Shown here piece by piece: positions 40,555 to 54,085 of a DNA stretch of 64,000 bases. This stretch comes from Octopus vulgaris (lineage: Eukaryota): NCBI GenBank assembly GCA_951406725.2, contig OX597815.1, positions 14,012,001 to 14,076,000 of the forward strand, read 5' to 3'. The notes under the pieces were generated by a model. That model was not told the origin of the DNA and searched no databases. It saw only the letters and a program-made list of their open reading frames with translations. The first letter of the stretch is position 1. Every line of letters starts with the position of its first letter. Both the position numbers and the translations under genes were made by a program.

Positions 40555-40944
40555 TACTCTTTCTTTTTACTTGCTTCAGTCATTTCACTGCGGCCATGAT
40601 GGAGCACCGCCTTTAGTCGAGCAAATCGACCCCAGGACTTATTCTTTGAAAGCCTAGTACTTATTCTATCGGTCTCTTTTGCCGAACCGCTAAATTAAAG
40701 GGACGTAAAAATACCACCATCGGTTGTCAAGTGATGTTGGTGGAACAAACACAGATACACAAGCATATACTCAGACATATATATATATACATATATTCGA
40801 CGGGCTTCTTCCAGTTTCCGTCTACCAAATACACTCACAAGGCTTTGGTCGGCACGATGCTATAGAAGAATACACTTGCCCAAGGTGCCACGCAGCGGGC
40901 TGAACTCGGAACCATGTGGTTCGTAAGCAATCTACTTACCACAC
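40555..40944 (-). mobile_element. SINE family A
   Basis: Homology to the other copies. Confidence 0.92.
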
Positions 40945-41230
40945 TGATCAACTTTGTTTCACAAATCTAAAAATAATCACGGTTAATTTGAAAATTAGTT
41001 ACATGTTTATATGTAAGATAGATAGATAGATAGAGAGAGAGACAGGCACACAGATAGACAGACAGACAAACAGACAGATACATACATGCATACATACATT
41101 CATACATACATATGTATATATGTACGTACATATGTAAGTATCTATGTATATAGATCGCCATGTTGATTCGATAGCTTCTGCACGCATTTTTTCTCCCTCC
41201 TTGTTTCTTTCCGTGTTTCTTTTCTGTGTA

Positions 41231-41268
41231 TCTTTCTGTTGAAAAGCGTAGGCTCGAAACGTAAAAGA
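41231..41268 (+). ncRNA. Minimal hammerhead-like motif with variant core
   Basis: TCTTT-CTGTTGA-a-aAGCgtagGCTc-GAAA-CG-TA-AAAGA; A6 is replaced by U, so probably impaired. Confidence 0.5.
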
Positions 41269-41698
41269 CTTGTTTTATTTATATTCCTGAGCGCCATACT
41301 AATACAATTGTTTGTTTGTATTCCACCTGCCTTCGTCTTTTGTTTATTTTCATAAAGCTTCTCGTTATATAATATATATATATTTGAAGGGTTATGCATA
41401 CAATGTCATATATCTGTAGAGACATACATGACCACTTAACTTATTTTGTCAAAATGTCTAATGAATTAGACTAGTTTCGAAGTTAGTGATGCGTTGTTGT
41501 TGTTTTTTTATTTACTTATGAAATAGTGGATTATACATATCTTTTGCGTCCGATGTACTGCATATCGTGTTACTTTCCTGCATCTAAAAATGCAATAAAA
41601 TATGCTAGAATGTTTAAATTGCTAGCAATTATCGTCATACTTGCATTATATGCACAGAAATGAAAAAAAAGAAGGAAGAAATACTCATATTATGTATC

Positions 41699-41729
<31 letters not shown>

Positions 41730-43302
41730 CGTTATTGTTTCTGTGATTTCAAACCGTAGAATTTCCTTCAAACCATATCCTTATGCATTTGAGATTTTCC
41801 TTCTGAAAATCATGTACGCAAAATATCATTTTCCTGTCCAATATAATCGTCGGTTCTACTTTCAAACAAAATACCCTTCCTGAAATATCATTTTCCCGTC
41901 TGAATAAATATATTATGCTGTATAAAATTATATTTGTTCATAATTTGAATTTCAAAATTCTCCATATAATGGGTATGTGCATCCCTGAATATTTTGCCGT
42001 CACGTAAAATCCCGTAACGCAAAATTGATTTTCCTTTTCGTTTTCATTTTTTAACGGGCTAATGAGTTTCGACAGATATTTTCTAAAGAAAACAGTAACA
42101 ACAAAAGAAAACACAAGGGAAACAACTATTTTTACGTATGAAAATAATTTCTAAACATACATAGAACTACATAAGGGAAAAGATAAGATTCAAAATGTTG
42201 TAATAGGCCAATAAATAAAAAGGTCTTTAGTGTCTAAAGGATGAGAATGTTGGGGGGATGACGGGAAACTATCTCTTATCTTATATTTCAGCATCTACTT
42301 CTGGGGCGAATAACATAGCAATAATTTTTAAGACTTATAGTGTATCATCCCTTTGTAGAGCTCGAAGTAGAAACTGAGATCGTCGTAAAGTCCTCTTCTG
42401 CTATTTATACTAGCAGAAAGACCCCACCACCCGTGAAGTTTTCTACTAGCCCCTTGATAATATTTTTACATTTGATTCACAATTTTGATAATTTATATAC
42501 ATATTATGCTCTAATCATTTCTTTGTATAATAGCGCTCACTTGCTTAGTAAATATTGCTTTCATTATTTTATCGAAGTCATAATCTCTTCCTTTGAAACA
42601 AACATCACGGTAGTCCAACAACAGAAGGAGAGCAATTTGTCTATTTTTACCTTCCCCTCAAAGTAACATACAGATTACAATCCAGCATCCCATCTGCAAT
42701 CTTTGCAGTGTGTGTGTATGTGTGAGGGAGAGAGTGGAGAAAGAGAACATATCAAACATTGAATGAAAAAAACTTGAAATGAAAAAATCGTTATACATAA
42801 AAGGAAATTACTACAAATATATACTCCCCGATTTGTTGCCTCATAACATCCAGAAAAATAGTTACCTTTTAACAAAGTTTTCAACAAATACCGCTTAGGT
42901 GTGGCCTCAGAGTATATGGGGAAAACGGGAAAGATTTTTTTCTGCGGGAGTGGAGAGAGGAGTTTTGGAAAATTCACACGATCTGACTTTTCCCTTCATA
43001 ACTTTCAGGAAAATATGTATCTTTTAAGGAAATTTTATACAAATCCCTTTAAAACAGCATAGACTACGATTTTAAAGAAAGTTGTTGGGAAAAATAATTT
43101 TTCGGAGATTTTTCCTATGTGATTTTAAACCACAGATTTGAAATGATGGGGTTGGGGAGGGGGCATCTTTCTGTGACAAAGTTTTGAAAACTTTTGTTTA
43201 CAATCTACTCATCATCCCACTCTGCTCCTATTTTGGCCAATACTTTTTTTGCACGTGAAAACCATGGGGACAGCATTTACGGTAATAATTGTTTTTCTTT
43301 AA

Positions 43303-43730
43303 ATACTCTTTACTCTTTTCTTTTACTCTTTTACTTGTTTCAGTCATTTGATTGTGGCCATGCTGGAGCACCGCCTTTAATCTAGCAACTCGACCCCGGG
43401 ACTTATTCTTTTTTGTAAGCCTAGTACTTATTCTATCGGTCTCTTTTTGCCGAACCGCTAAGTGACGGGGACGTAAACACACCAGCATCGGTTGTCAAGC
43501 AATGCTAGGGGGACAAACACAGACACACAAACATATACACACACACTTATATATATATACATATATACGACAGGCTTCTTTCAGTTTCCGTCTACCAAAT
43601 CCACTCACAAGGCATTGGTCGGCCCGGGGCTATAGCAGAAGACACTTGCCCAAGACGCTACGCAGTGAGACTGAACCCGGAACCATGTGGTTGGTTAGCA
43701 AGCTACATACCACACAGCCACTCCTGCGCC
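43303..43730 (-). mobile_element. SINE family A, full length
   Basis: Complete GGCGCAGGAGTGGCTGTGTGG head and tail. Confidence 0.94.
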
Positions 43731-44899
43731 TATAGTTAATATTTTCGGAGTAAAATGTGAGTGATTCAAGGGTTGTTGTTTCAAGTACATCCAAAGACAA
43801 CTCCCTCGCACGTATTGAGGTTTTTCAATATATTTTCCCCGTAAATACATTTATATTCTACAAAAAAGAAAATTTGAGAAATTATGAACTTTTTGCAACC
43901 CCACGCCCTGCCCCCGACTGTTTCTCTTTAGAGAGCCTGAGAAGGTCATTGCTGGAATTAATCTACAGTGATTTAAAAATTCATGGAGATGTACTTGCAT
44001 AGCAAATGACTTGATCTGAGATTGTGTGCTGAAACAAAAACATTTACATCATGGAAGATGTTTGTAAAGCATTCAAGAACTCGCAAAAACCGTTAGATTC
44101 ATTTCAACATTTAAATTTAATTTATGTCAAAATATTTCCGACGCTTTGAAATCTCGACCTGTTCACAAAGCTGCTCACTTCGGCATCATCATGCCATTAA
44201 ATGTGTTTAATAAAAGAAAATAATTTAAAAAAACATCAATATATATGAGAATAAAAAGGGAAAATGGCCAAAATCAGTCCGGATAATTATTATTGTAAGG
44301 CTTATAGCGTTTTAAACAGCCACAACAAAATCCCTTTAAAAAAATTTTTACAAAAATTATACGGGTATTTTAAGATTTTTCATTTTATAAATATTGTTTT
44401 TATATTACGTATACATTAATAGAATAAACTGACGGTTTTCGAAAGAGCGAAATAAAACTTGAAATGAAAACATTAAAAGGGAACGTTGGGCTTTGCAAAT
44501 AAAAGTGGAATACTCCGCAATGAATGCAATGAATATTTAAATATACGACAAATTGGAGCTTTAAAAAATTCAATAAAATTGAGGAATCGAAATCATAGGA
44601 AATTTCTTAGAACATAAATTTATAAAGATATTTCCAGACAGTCAACCCTTTAATAATTCCTTTCTTTTAGTACTTTTATTGATTGTTACATACCCAATTA
44701 ATAAGCATCTTTCTCTATTAGAGTATAGATTACATTCACAATTAGACTGGCTATCAGTAGAAACTTGCAGACCTTCCTCTGTAAGTATTTTACATTATAG
44801 TCCATTTGATTTAAGTTGCTGTATTTGCTCGACCCTCCTATGTACTCTGAGCTTGCTCTTCTTACAACTTCACTTCATCTTTAGATATACGTTTCCAAT

Positions 44900-45620
44900 G
44901 AGACCTTAGGAACTCAGCCACATCATCCACTTTAGCTCCTTCAAAACCTCAAATCCCACACCATTTGCAAGTGTTACTTGCTTGTCGAATTTCATATAGA
45001 GTTTCTGTTAATGGAAATATTGCAATATCAGAGAAAAAGTATGGCCATATATTTCTTCTTCCAAAAAGAAAGCATTCAAATTTGAGGCTTTCTTTTCATT
45101 CCACGACTCAGATATATTATCCACATTACCCAGCATGTTGAACGTCTCCCACTTTTTTCTATGTCTATGTTTATCCTCTCAGTCAATTCTATTCATAAGT
45201 TACTTGAAAGTTCTTTGATAATATGCCTTGAAGTTAACTATTATGCATTGATCCATTGACCGGATCAAAAGAATTAGGTTCTTAGGGATATATTCTATCA
45301 CTCTATCAGAACGCTCATTTACTTTCATTGGCTGCCTTCTTGCATTGTGTAAAAAGAACAATGCTTTGTTGGAAATATTTTATCTAGCATTGTAGCTTAC
45401 TTCAGCAAGATATAAATGTTTATAAATCATTCTTCAAAGAGGTTCTTAACTATTAATGCTTCATTATTTGAAAGCCAAATCAGAGGTAAGTTAAGCATTG
45501 TGTAATCCTAGAAAACTCCCGATTTTCGGATTGATAATCAATTAGAACCTTTCATTTCCAATACGTCGAATCGGGAAAAGAGTTTTGAAAGGGGTGTTAA
45601 TATTTCTGCTCGCAGAACAA
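44900..45620 (-). mobile_element. pogo/Tigger-like DDE transposase relic
   Basis: LIRSMDQCIIVNFKAYY and LPLIWLSNNEA remnants. Confidence 0.65.
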
Positions 45621-46299
45621 GAGTTTTAGCAGGCATGAGATTTTATTTAAATAAATGGTCACTTGTAGGAATAAATGGTCACAATGGCAGGAATAAATTT
45701 GAAAGCATTTACCGTGACATTTAGGCAGGTCGACGACCTATACGAGATAATGCCTCTATTTTAGTTTTCTTATGTTATTTTGAACTGCATGGTTATGTTT
45801 GTCAGTTCTTTTTTTTCTTTCTTTGTAAGCACCTGCTGCAGAAAGCGTATCTGTCATGGCTCCACTGAAATGCAGACTGCGATATATAGACTGAATGCTA
45901 TATTTCTGTACCCATTGAGAGCAATGGGTACAATACACATTGCAGAATCTACATTAAAGAGTAAATGTTTATTGAACCCGGATATTCTTACATATATCGA
46001 TATCCAGATGATATTTGCCTTTAGATAGCAGCTCCATGATAATAGGTTTCAATAAACTGAGTATGTATATATATGTATGTTTATATATGTACATATTGTA
46101 TTTATGCGCATATGTATGTATAGGTATAAATAAATAAATATATATGTGTGTGTGAGTGTGTATGTATGAAAATGTGTGTGTGTCAAAAAGAGAGAGAGAG
46201 AGACATACTTCAGTTAGGAGAACATCTGATTATATAAACTGTTGTGTTATGAAAAATGTGGGTCGCGGGTTCTAAACACTGTGCAGGCAATAAAAACCT

Positions 46300-46667
46300 G
46301 GTGTGGATGTGTGGTATAAACGTGCTTCCCATTCATATGTTTCTATGTTCAGTCTTATGCAGGAGTCTTCTATTATAGCCTTGAGCGGACCAATGCTTTC
46401 TGAATGGATTTAGTAGATGGGAACTGAGAGAATCCCGTCGCAGTTATATGCATCTGTATGTATTTGTTTGCCTGCGTTTGTACACCTACCGTCGCCTGAC
46501 AACCGGTGTTGGTGTGTTTGCGTCTCCGGAACCTAGCGGGTCGACAAAAGGAACCGATGGAATGAGTACTAAGCTTACAAAGTCATGGGGTCGATTTGTT
46601 TGACTAAAGGCGGTGCTCCAGCATGGCTGCAGTCAAATGACTGAAACAAGTTAACGAATGAAAGAAT
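46300..46667 (+). mobile_element. SINE family A, old degenerate copy
   Basis: 3' part GGCGGTGCTCCAGCATGGCTGCAGTCAAATGACTGAAACAAG. Confidence 0.8.
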
Positions 46668-47044
46668 ATGTATATTAAGGACTGTAGGGACGTGGAGTTT
46701 TTTTTTTAAGCAACCATAATATACTCTAGATTATATCAAAACTTTTTATAAGTTATTACCCTGTTCTACTATGTTAGCAGTGCGTTTTACACCACTTGTG
46801 AAGGTTATGACTACAGATACTATATAGAAATTATAGTTAGGACTGATGTTTGTAACGACGTTCCGTATCCGAGACATAAGATGTAACAAATATAATATAC
46901 TTCATAGTATATTATTGTTGCACAGCGAAATACCGTGTCAGCTTCCAGGAATGTATTTAATATGTAACATTGGTATATCCAATAACGTTACACGTCTATA
47001 ATTAGTGGCTATCTAAACAATGTGTTCGTAAACAATTAACGGAT

Positions 47045-47558
47045 CTATATTTAAGAGATGAGGAATTATGTACATTATTTACATTATTTACATTCGACGA
47101 ATATTTGTCCTCATCTTGTTTGTTCTTAACACAACGTTTCGGCTGATATACCCTCCAGCCTTCATCAGGTGTCTTGGGGAAATTTCAAACCCGGGTTCTC
47201 ATTCTTAAGGTATTTTTCTATGTTGTTGTTGTTGCTGTTGTTGTTGTTATTATTATTGTCGTTGTTGTTGTTGTTATTGTTCAGGTCACTGCTTGGAATC
47301 GAACTCGGAATCTTGGGGTTAGTAGCTCGCAATTCTTAACACTACGTCATATGTCCGTGTTCAATGACCTGAACAATGACAACAATAATAATAATAATAA
47401 CAACAACAACATCGAAAAATACCTTAGGATTGAGAACCCAGGTTTGAAATTTCCTCAAGACACCTGAAGAAGGGTGGAGGGTATATCAGCCGGTTTGTTG
47501 TGTTAACAACAAACAAGATGAGGACAAATATCCGTCGAATGTAAATAAGGTAAATAAT
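47045..47558. mobile_element. SINE family C (tRNA head, AAT/AAC spacer, HHR-bearing tail): full minus copy 47045-47356 plus headless inverted copy 47363-47558
   Basis: The two halves are reverse complements; a third copy lies at 57302. Confidence 0.85.
47128..47173 (-). ncRNA. Minimal type I hammerhead ribozyme motif
   Basis: GACAC-CTGATGA-A-GGCTG(gagggtatat)CAGCC-GAAA-CG-TT-GTGTT; helix III is the palindrome AACGTT. Confidence 0.8.
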
Positions 47559-47639
47559 TAACGGGTTATGTTGGTGTTGATGAAGAGGGCAAAACCTTCT
47601 GAAATACAGCATATACTCTCTTAACCCTCTGTTAATTTT

Positions 47640-47960
47640 CGATCACATTTTTATTTATATATGACGTCTCGGATACGTTTCGTCTGGGTCCGTGACGAAA
47701 AATACTCCTCCAATGCTATTCTGATTTCGTCTACACAATTCATATTTTCTCCGATCAAATGATTTTAAAGACTGTGGAAAAAATGATAATCAGATGGGGC
47801 AATGTCCGGCGAATATAGTAGGTAGGGCATCGTTTCCCATTCAAACTGCTCCAGCGTTTGGGATGTCATCCTCGCTGTATGTGGTCGAGCATTATCCTGA
47901 TGGAAGAACACTTTTTGTCTTGAAACCAAAGATGGTCGTTTTTCATTACTTCATTCATAA
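47640..47960 (-). mobile_element. mariner transposase C-terminal fragment
   Basis: VFFHQDNARPHTARMT..YSPDIAPSDYHFFHSL. Confidence 0.9.
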
Positions 47961-48507
47961 CTCTTCCTAACCCTAACCCTACTCCTCTACCATCCCTCCT
48001 CATAATATCTTGACCACCAACTAATACTCCTTTCTTCACTTTCGTACCCTTTTTTCATTTTATCTTGTTGCGTTTATTTTATCTTCCTCTTCTTTCCTTC
48101 TTCTTTTCTCACCTTTTCCTTTGACCACTCTCTTCATTTTAACATACACATCTCTTCTCCTCTCTCTATCCATTTAATACTACCACTACATCCTTATTTT
48201 TTATTCTCACATCAAGACCCCTTTGAATGAACAGCACGCGGAATCTACGTCTCCACACTTTCCATTTGTAATGACAAAATACGAACTCCTATTGGAATTT
48301 ACAGACCACGGACAGGAAGCATTTCTACCACTTCTACGCACCACTTTCCTTGGGTAATGGAACTGCAACTATAAAATCTTTACACATTCTTATTTTACTT
48401 TCCACATTCATTCTCCTATTTCCCTATTTACTCTCAATTTGCATTTTTTTTCCAAAATAAAACATGATATTGAACTCTAATATTTCCCCCAATTGAACCA
48501 TCTGACA

Positions 48508-48558
48508 TCACCTCTGATGAAGGGATATCCCTAATATCCCAGAAACAGTTGTAAGACT
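48508..48558 (+). ncRNA. Minimal hammerhead-like motif near the 3' end of a probable Penelope-derived repeat (~47990-48635)
   Basis: CT-CTGATGA-A-GGGATAT(cccta)ATATCCC-A-GAAA-CAGTTG-TA-AG; helix I is weak. Confidence 0.6.
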
Positions 48559-49050
48559 ATCTTTCTTTTTATAAATGTCCTGAAAATTCCACACAGCCCT
48601 GGCCTCGGCTTTGTTGTCTCATTTTATTTAACATATATATATGCTCATGCAAGACCCGCATTAAGCTCCCCACTCGTGTCATTATCGAACCGAGAGTTTA
48701 AGTACGAGCCGTCCATAGCACTTACATTGCGTTACCTGCCACCTTGGTTCTTCAGGATAGCAATACCTCTCATATATATATATATATTTGTTGACATATA
48801 GATCTTCGTGAAATATTGCAAAGCCATAGCAGCAGTTATGAATTAATATATATATATATATATATATGATTTATACATCAAATTCTATGAGTGACCCCAT
48901 TTCACTCCACCTTAATGTATATGTCACTCACGAATTCGCCCAAACTTTCTGAGATAAAACTTCCCATTTTCATTTTAGAATTGCTTCATAAATCTGAAAA
49001 CTACTAAAACTGCTTAGAAAGCATCATATTTTCACCATTATCCAGACAGT

Positions 49051-49202
<152 letters not shown>

Positions 49203-51329
49203 GCATATACATATATATACATACATGCTTATATATATATATGTATATATTGTGTATGTGTTACATTTTGCAATCGCTATGATTGATTTCTGCTTCAAAT
49301 GACAACTTTATGCAAATTTTGAGATATTTATTATGAATGATATTTTAATGTCTCTCATATTATTCACATAAAAAATTCTATTGGGAAAGATAAATTGTAA
49401 TTAATGGGGTGATGTTTGTACAAACACAAACAACATCGTTAGTAATACTGAAACATTTCTAGCCTTGCACCGTAGCTATTACAATAAAACAACTTTTACA
49501 GGCTGTCCAAGGTACAAGATACAGTGAGTTTTATCTCATTTACAGGTCCTGCGAGAAATAACTGCAAAATACCCCTCAAATCACACCTTATCAAAATATA
49601 AGTACAAATTCGATTGCATAGTCCAAGACAATTCTAAAACCACTGATGGTGCGCCGTAACAGTGCGTCACATATTAATTTGTTTAATAGTGACCTATAGG
49701 ACAACAGCAAAATTGGGTTAGGTTAAATAAAGTTTACAGTTTGCTATTCCTGGTTTACCTAGGTGTTGCTATTGACGTAAATGTTGTAGCTCTGTTATTT
49801 GGACATTTAAAACCCTTTTTAACGCGATGTTAGATTACACTGCAAAGTTGAGCATATGATTGTAACTATCTACAACCTTTACTAACTACTACGCACATTC
49901 TATGAAGAACTTTGGCGCATTGGGTTCCCTGTTTGAGCTGAATTGGTAAGATTGGTTTTAAAAAATCGGACAAAACTCCTTACATTATCTATTCTGGCTT
50001 TTAAATTTCTGAGTTCAAATCCAGCCGGTGCTATATTTACTTTTCATCATTCCAGGGTCGATACATTTATTGCAGTACAATACCAGGGCAACGGATTAGT
50101 CGGATAGTTAGAGCGACTGGAAAACAGCAGAAAATATTTGTCGTAGTTTAGGTACTAAGTTTTTCCACTGCAATTATTATTGTCACGGAAATTAAATGGC
50201 GGTTGTAATGGTGATGGTGTTTATGTTGGTGTTAATGTATTCGGTGTTAATGTTGTTGTTAATGTTAGTGCTGTTGTAGCAGTGGCTGAGATTGTGATAG
50301 AGTTATTTTCATATGGGGATGGTTGCAGTCGCAGTTCATATGCTGGTGTTAACTGTTTCTCTAATGTCGATTGTTATTATTGTAAAGATATTGGCGATGG
50401 AGATGACTGTGAATTCGAGGGCGATTGTATTGGCTTGGTTTCAAGGTAAGGTTTTCTATTGACATTAGAATTCGAATTGTCAATTTTGTCAATTGTGGCT
50501 TTCCATTCTCCACATTCGGAGTTTTTTGTTGTACTGGCATTTTAATCTAACGAATCAAGATTCTCCTTCTGAAATGAGCCAAGATTTTTTTTCCTGTGAA
50601 TCATCAAGTACCGTTAATTTAAAATTTCTTTTCTCTTCTTTAATCGATGTCCTACACACTTTTGATTACCAAGATTATCGCCGATATTGGTATGATAATT
50701 GTTGCTACCACTGGGATTTTAAAGGAATTTAACATTTAATTTCTTTCTCTCAACTCTATTCTGGTATCGAATAATCGCTCTGTTTTAATTTTTAATTCCG
50801 TTATTATCAATTTGGGAACGGTCTAACAGCCATCAAAAGCAAGTGTTGATCTGCTGAGGTTCACATCTGTTGTATATAACATCTCAATGGGATGGCAAAA
50901 ATAAATTAGATGCCACAACTTTGTATAGGGATTAAACCATGCAGTTGTCTTTTTTTTCTCATTTGATATTTTAGTGTAAAATATCGCCAGTTCCAGTAAA
51001 AGTCCTCCACATACTCATTGCAAAAACACAATACACTTATAAATATGTAAAATCAACGGTGAAATGTCAAAATTAAAGAATACATGACTATGCATAGAGA
51101 AATCAATGTAGAAACTTCATCAGGTTTAGTTGAAATGTATTTGAGTCCACAAAAGCCGAACACCGACAATTAAGTCAGCGAACTTAAATCTCACTCAAAG
51201 AAAACAAATGCTACATTTGATGTTAACAAGGACATTTCGAAAGCATCCTTAATCATCGTCCAAATGCGTCACATGCGTCCACTCATAGTGTCCTACACCA
51301 AATACTCTACCCTTGGGTATACCATTTTC

Positions 51330-52060
51330 ACTGCAAGCTTCTTAACTGATTACCTCTAAAGTAATGGATCAGGTGATAATTGGGATTACCATATTACCAT
51401 ATGGCGGACGTTAATAACAATCAGCATATCTCCATACATGTATCAAATTCCAGCGCAATGCCAAATGCCAAATGCCAAATGCGCAACTCAAATTCTTCTT
51501 ACAAGGATTCGATTTCCTCTTCAGATACTCGCAGTTTAGAGACATACTTTCTTTTTTAAGTGTATCCCTCAAAAGGGGAACCTATATAGTGAGCAAACTA
51601 ACACAGCATCTCTCATCTTTTATTACAAGAGAAATATTCACAAACATTCTTATTGACAAACTATTTCCATTGAAAGAGAATTCTTCCAGAAAGTCAATGT
51701 AGATTTAGACCAGCTTCGTGGAAGGATTTGTGTGATCTTTTTCTGAGCAACAGATCTAAAATATTATTTAAAGCAACGACTTCGGTCGGAGTATACAATT
51801 CCCTGTGATTTTGTAAAGGTTTTCGATCCAGAACAGCACGGCAATATGGGGGAGGTTTTTGCATGCTTGGGACACCTACCTCGCTTCTTAATATTTGTCA
51901 ACTCTCCTCATTGAAAGAACAGCTACTCAACAAGAGAAAACTCTCAATTCCCTTTCCTATTAGAACGAATGTTGATTACGCTGATGTTCTTTTCAGTGTC
52001 TTCTTTAATATTTACCTTGCTGAAACTGTTAATGGAATTTTCATTAGGTGTCATTGGTTT
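51330..52060 (+). mobile_element. Highly decayed LINE RT fragment (RTE-like)
   Basis: DFVKVFD and PFPIRTNV..DVLFSVFFNIYL remnants. Confidence 0.45.
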
Positions 52061-52489
52061 TGACTTTTCACGCAGCCATCGACATGCGATCAAGATATTA
52101 ATTATGCCGATCTTACTTATTTCGGAATCTATAGATGCCATGGGTATAGCACATTCTTGGAAACCGAACCGACAATGAAACGAAAAGTTTGGGTCATTTT
52201 TCATTTAGGTATTTTCCTCTCATTGTATATATGGCTTAATGCTGTGTTTGTGTGCAGCATTTTGTATAAATTGTACTTACTTCTGGATTTAACACACAAC
52301 TGCAGTTTGTAGCGACCAGTTTCAGTTTCCAAGAATGAGTTTCAGCTCAATAATGATTCTAGTATACAACATATATGAAATACCTATGTATTTGTATTCT
52401 GTGAGTGTGGATGATGTAGGTCTTCGGATTATATTTGGATAAAAAGTTTTTTATTACAATTTTCTCCCTGTACCTGCTTGTAGAATATA

Positions 52490-52711
52490 TATTTCTTTAC
52501 TACCCACAAGGGGCTAAACACATAGGGGACAGACAAAGGGATTAAGTCGATTACATCGACCCCCAGTGCGTAACTGGTACTTAATTTATCGACCCCGAAA
52601 GGATGAAAGGCAAAGTCGACCTCGGCGGAATTTGAACTCGGAACGCAACGACAGACGAAATACGGCTAAGAATTTCGCCCGGCGTGCTAACGTTTCTACC
52701 AGCTCGACGCC
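52490..52711 (-). mobile_element. SINE family B, full length
   Basis: Reverse complement of the 8052 and 33783 copies. Confidence 0.9.
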
Positions 52712-53035
52712 TTGTAGAATATAGTATCAATTCTGTAGAGATGGGTGTTACTTTAAACCGTTCTTTGCATGTTGTATATTTATACTATTCAATGTGATAG
52801 CTGGCTATATTTGAGCTTTACGACTTAGCTAGTATAATCAGGTATGAGAGATTTCGTTGATATTATTTTATATATATGGCTGTGGGTCGATTCTGTGCAC
52901 TAGTATAAGGTCATTGTTGTTATGAATGACTGTGTCTGGAATATGGTGTGTAAGATTATGAACATCAAAAAACAAGAACAGAAAATAAAGAATGTGTAGT
53001 GGCTAGCGATGTATATATGTATTTTTATGTATGTA

Positions 53036-53257
53036 TACGTGGGGGACCTGAACAGTGCCCGGCTATAAGGGTGTCGTGAAAGGCCTGGGTGGAGGCCCAA
53101 CCTATAGAGTTCTTTCACAGGGCTTCGAAAAACTGTAGGAAAGCTGCAATAAGTGCTTGAATCTGAGAATGGAATATGTTGAATAAAATTATAATTAACT
53201 GATCTGATCCTCCTGTATTTTTTTACAAAGAGCTTTGTACTTCTCTACACCCCGTCC
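53036..53257. mobile_element. mariner-derived MITE, second copy
   Basis: Reverse-complement similarity to 38943-39160. Confidence 0.7.
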
Positions 53258-53263
53258 TTTAAA

Positions 53264-54085
53264 CAGGATATGGTGAATAAACAGTCGTCGAAATTGAGAA
53301 AAACAGAAAATTATACTGTCGTCTCATTTTAGCATATATTTACCAAATTTCTTGAATATCTTGAAATACTAAAGAGTAAATTTATTCAATAAAATTGCCA
53401 TTAGCTTCAACTACAACCTCCAGACGACTTCGCAATTTCCTACAACTCCTCTGCACGGTCCCCTTGTTTATGTTGCTGAATGCTGCCATAGTGCTTCGCT
53501 TAAGTTTGTCTTTTGTGTTACAGAGAGTTTTGCTGGTTTCTCGCTTAAATGCGCTCCACATATAATAATCAAGGGGGTTACAGTATGGGGAGCTATGTGG
53601 TCAAATGTTAGCGGTGATGTCGGGGCAAAAATTTTCTGAGAGCCATGAGTAGGTTCTCCTTCTCGAGTGGCATGGTGCAGAGTCTTATTGGCAGACATAG
53701 GGTCTTCCAGCAGCCACTCTCTTGACTCAGGGCAGCACTACCTCCTCCAAGCACTTGATGTAGGCCTCCGTTTTGAGTCTCAGGACGTGTGGGGAATTGA
53801 ATGGCTGCATAACCTCGCCATCACTAGTGATCGTACGAAACAACATGATCTTGACTGGATGTTTGATTTTTATCACTCTTGGTAGATGTTCCCATATTGC
53901 ATTGTCTTACGATTGACACCCAAACACTCTGAAATGTTTATAATGAAGCTTCAGCGCGAATGCCCTGCAGTACAGCACATCGTTTCTAAATTGCGCCATG
54001 GTGCTGTTTTTCTCACAGACGGTGCCCAATTGATCCTACTATACTGTGTAGTCGACAAAATCAAAAACAAACAACGCGCACCCTC
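53264..54085 (-). mobile_element. maT/DD37D-like transposon relic
   Basis: EAYIKCLEEVVLP..DSAPCHSRRRTYSWLSENF..WPHSSPYCNPLDYYMW..CRKLRSRLEVVVEANGNFIE. Confidence 0.85.

Noticed and set aside
44120-44170. HHR-shaped motif with GTGAACA core (related piece at 29060-29100)
   Set aside because: Core and helices are too degenerate to call.
47966-47980. CCTAACCCTAACCCT telomere-like repeat
   Set aside because: Only ~2.5 units, which is expected by chance.
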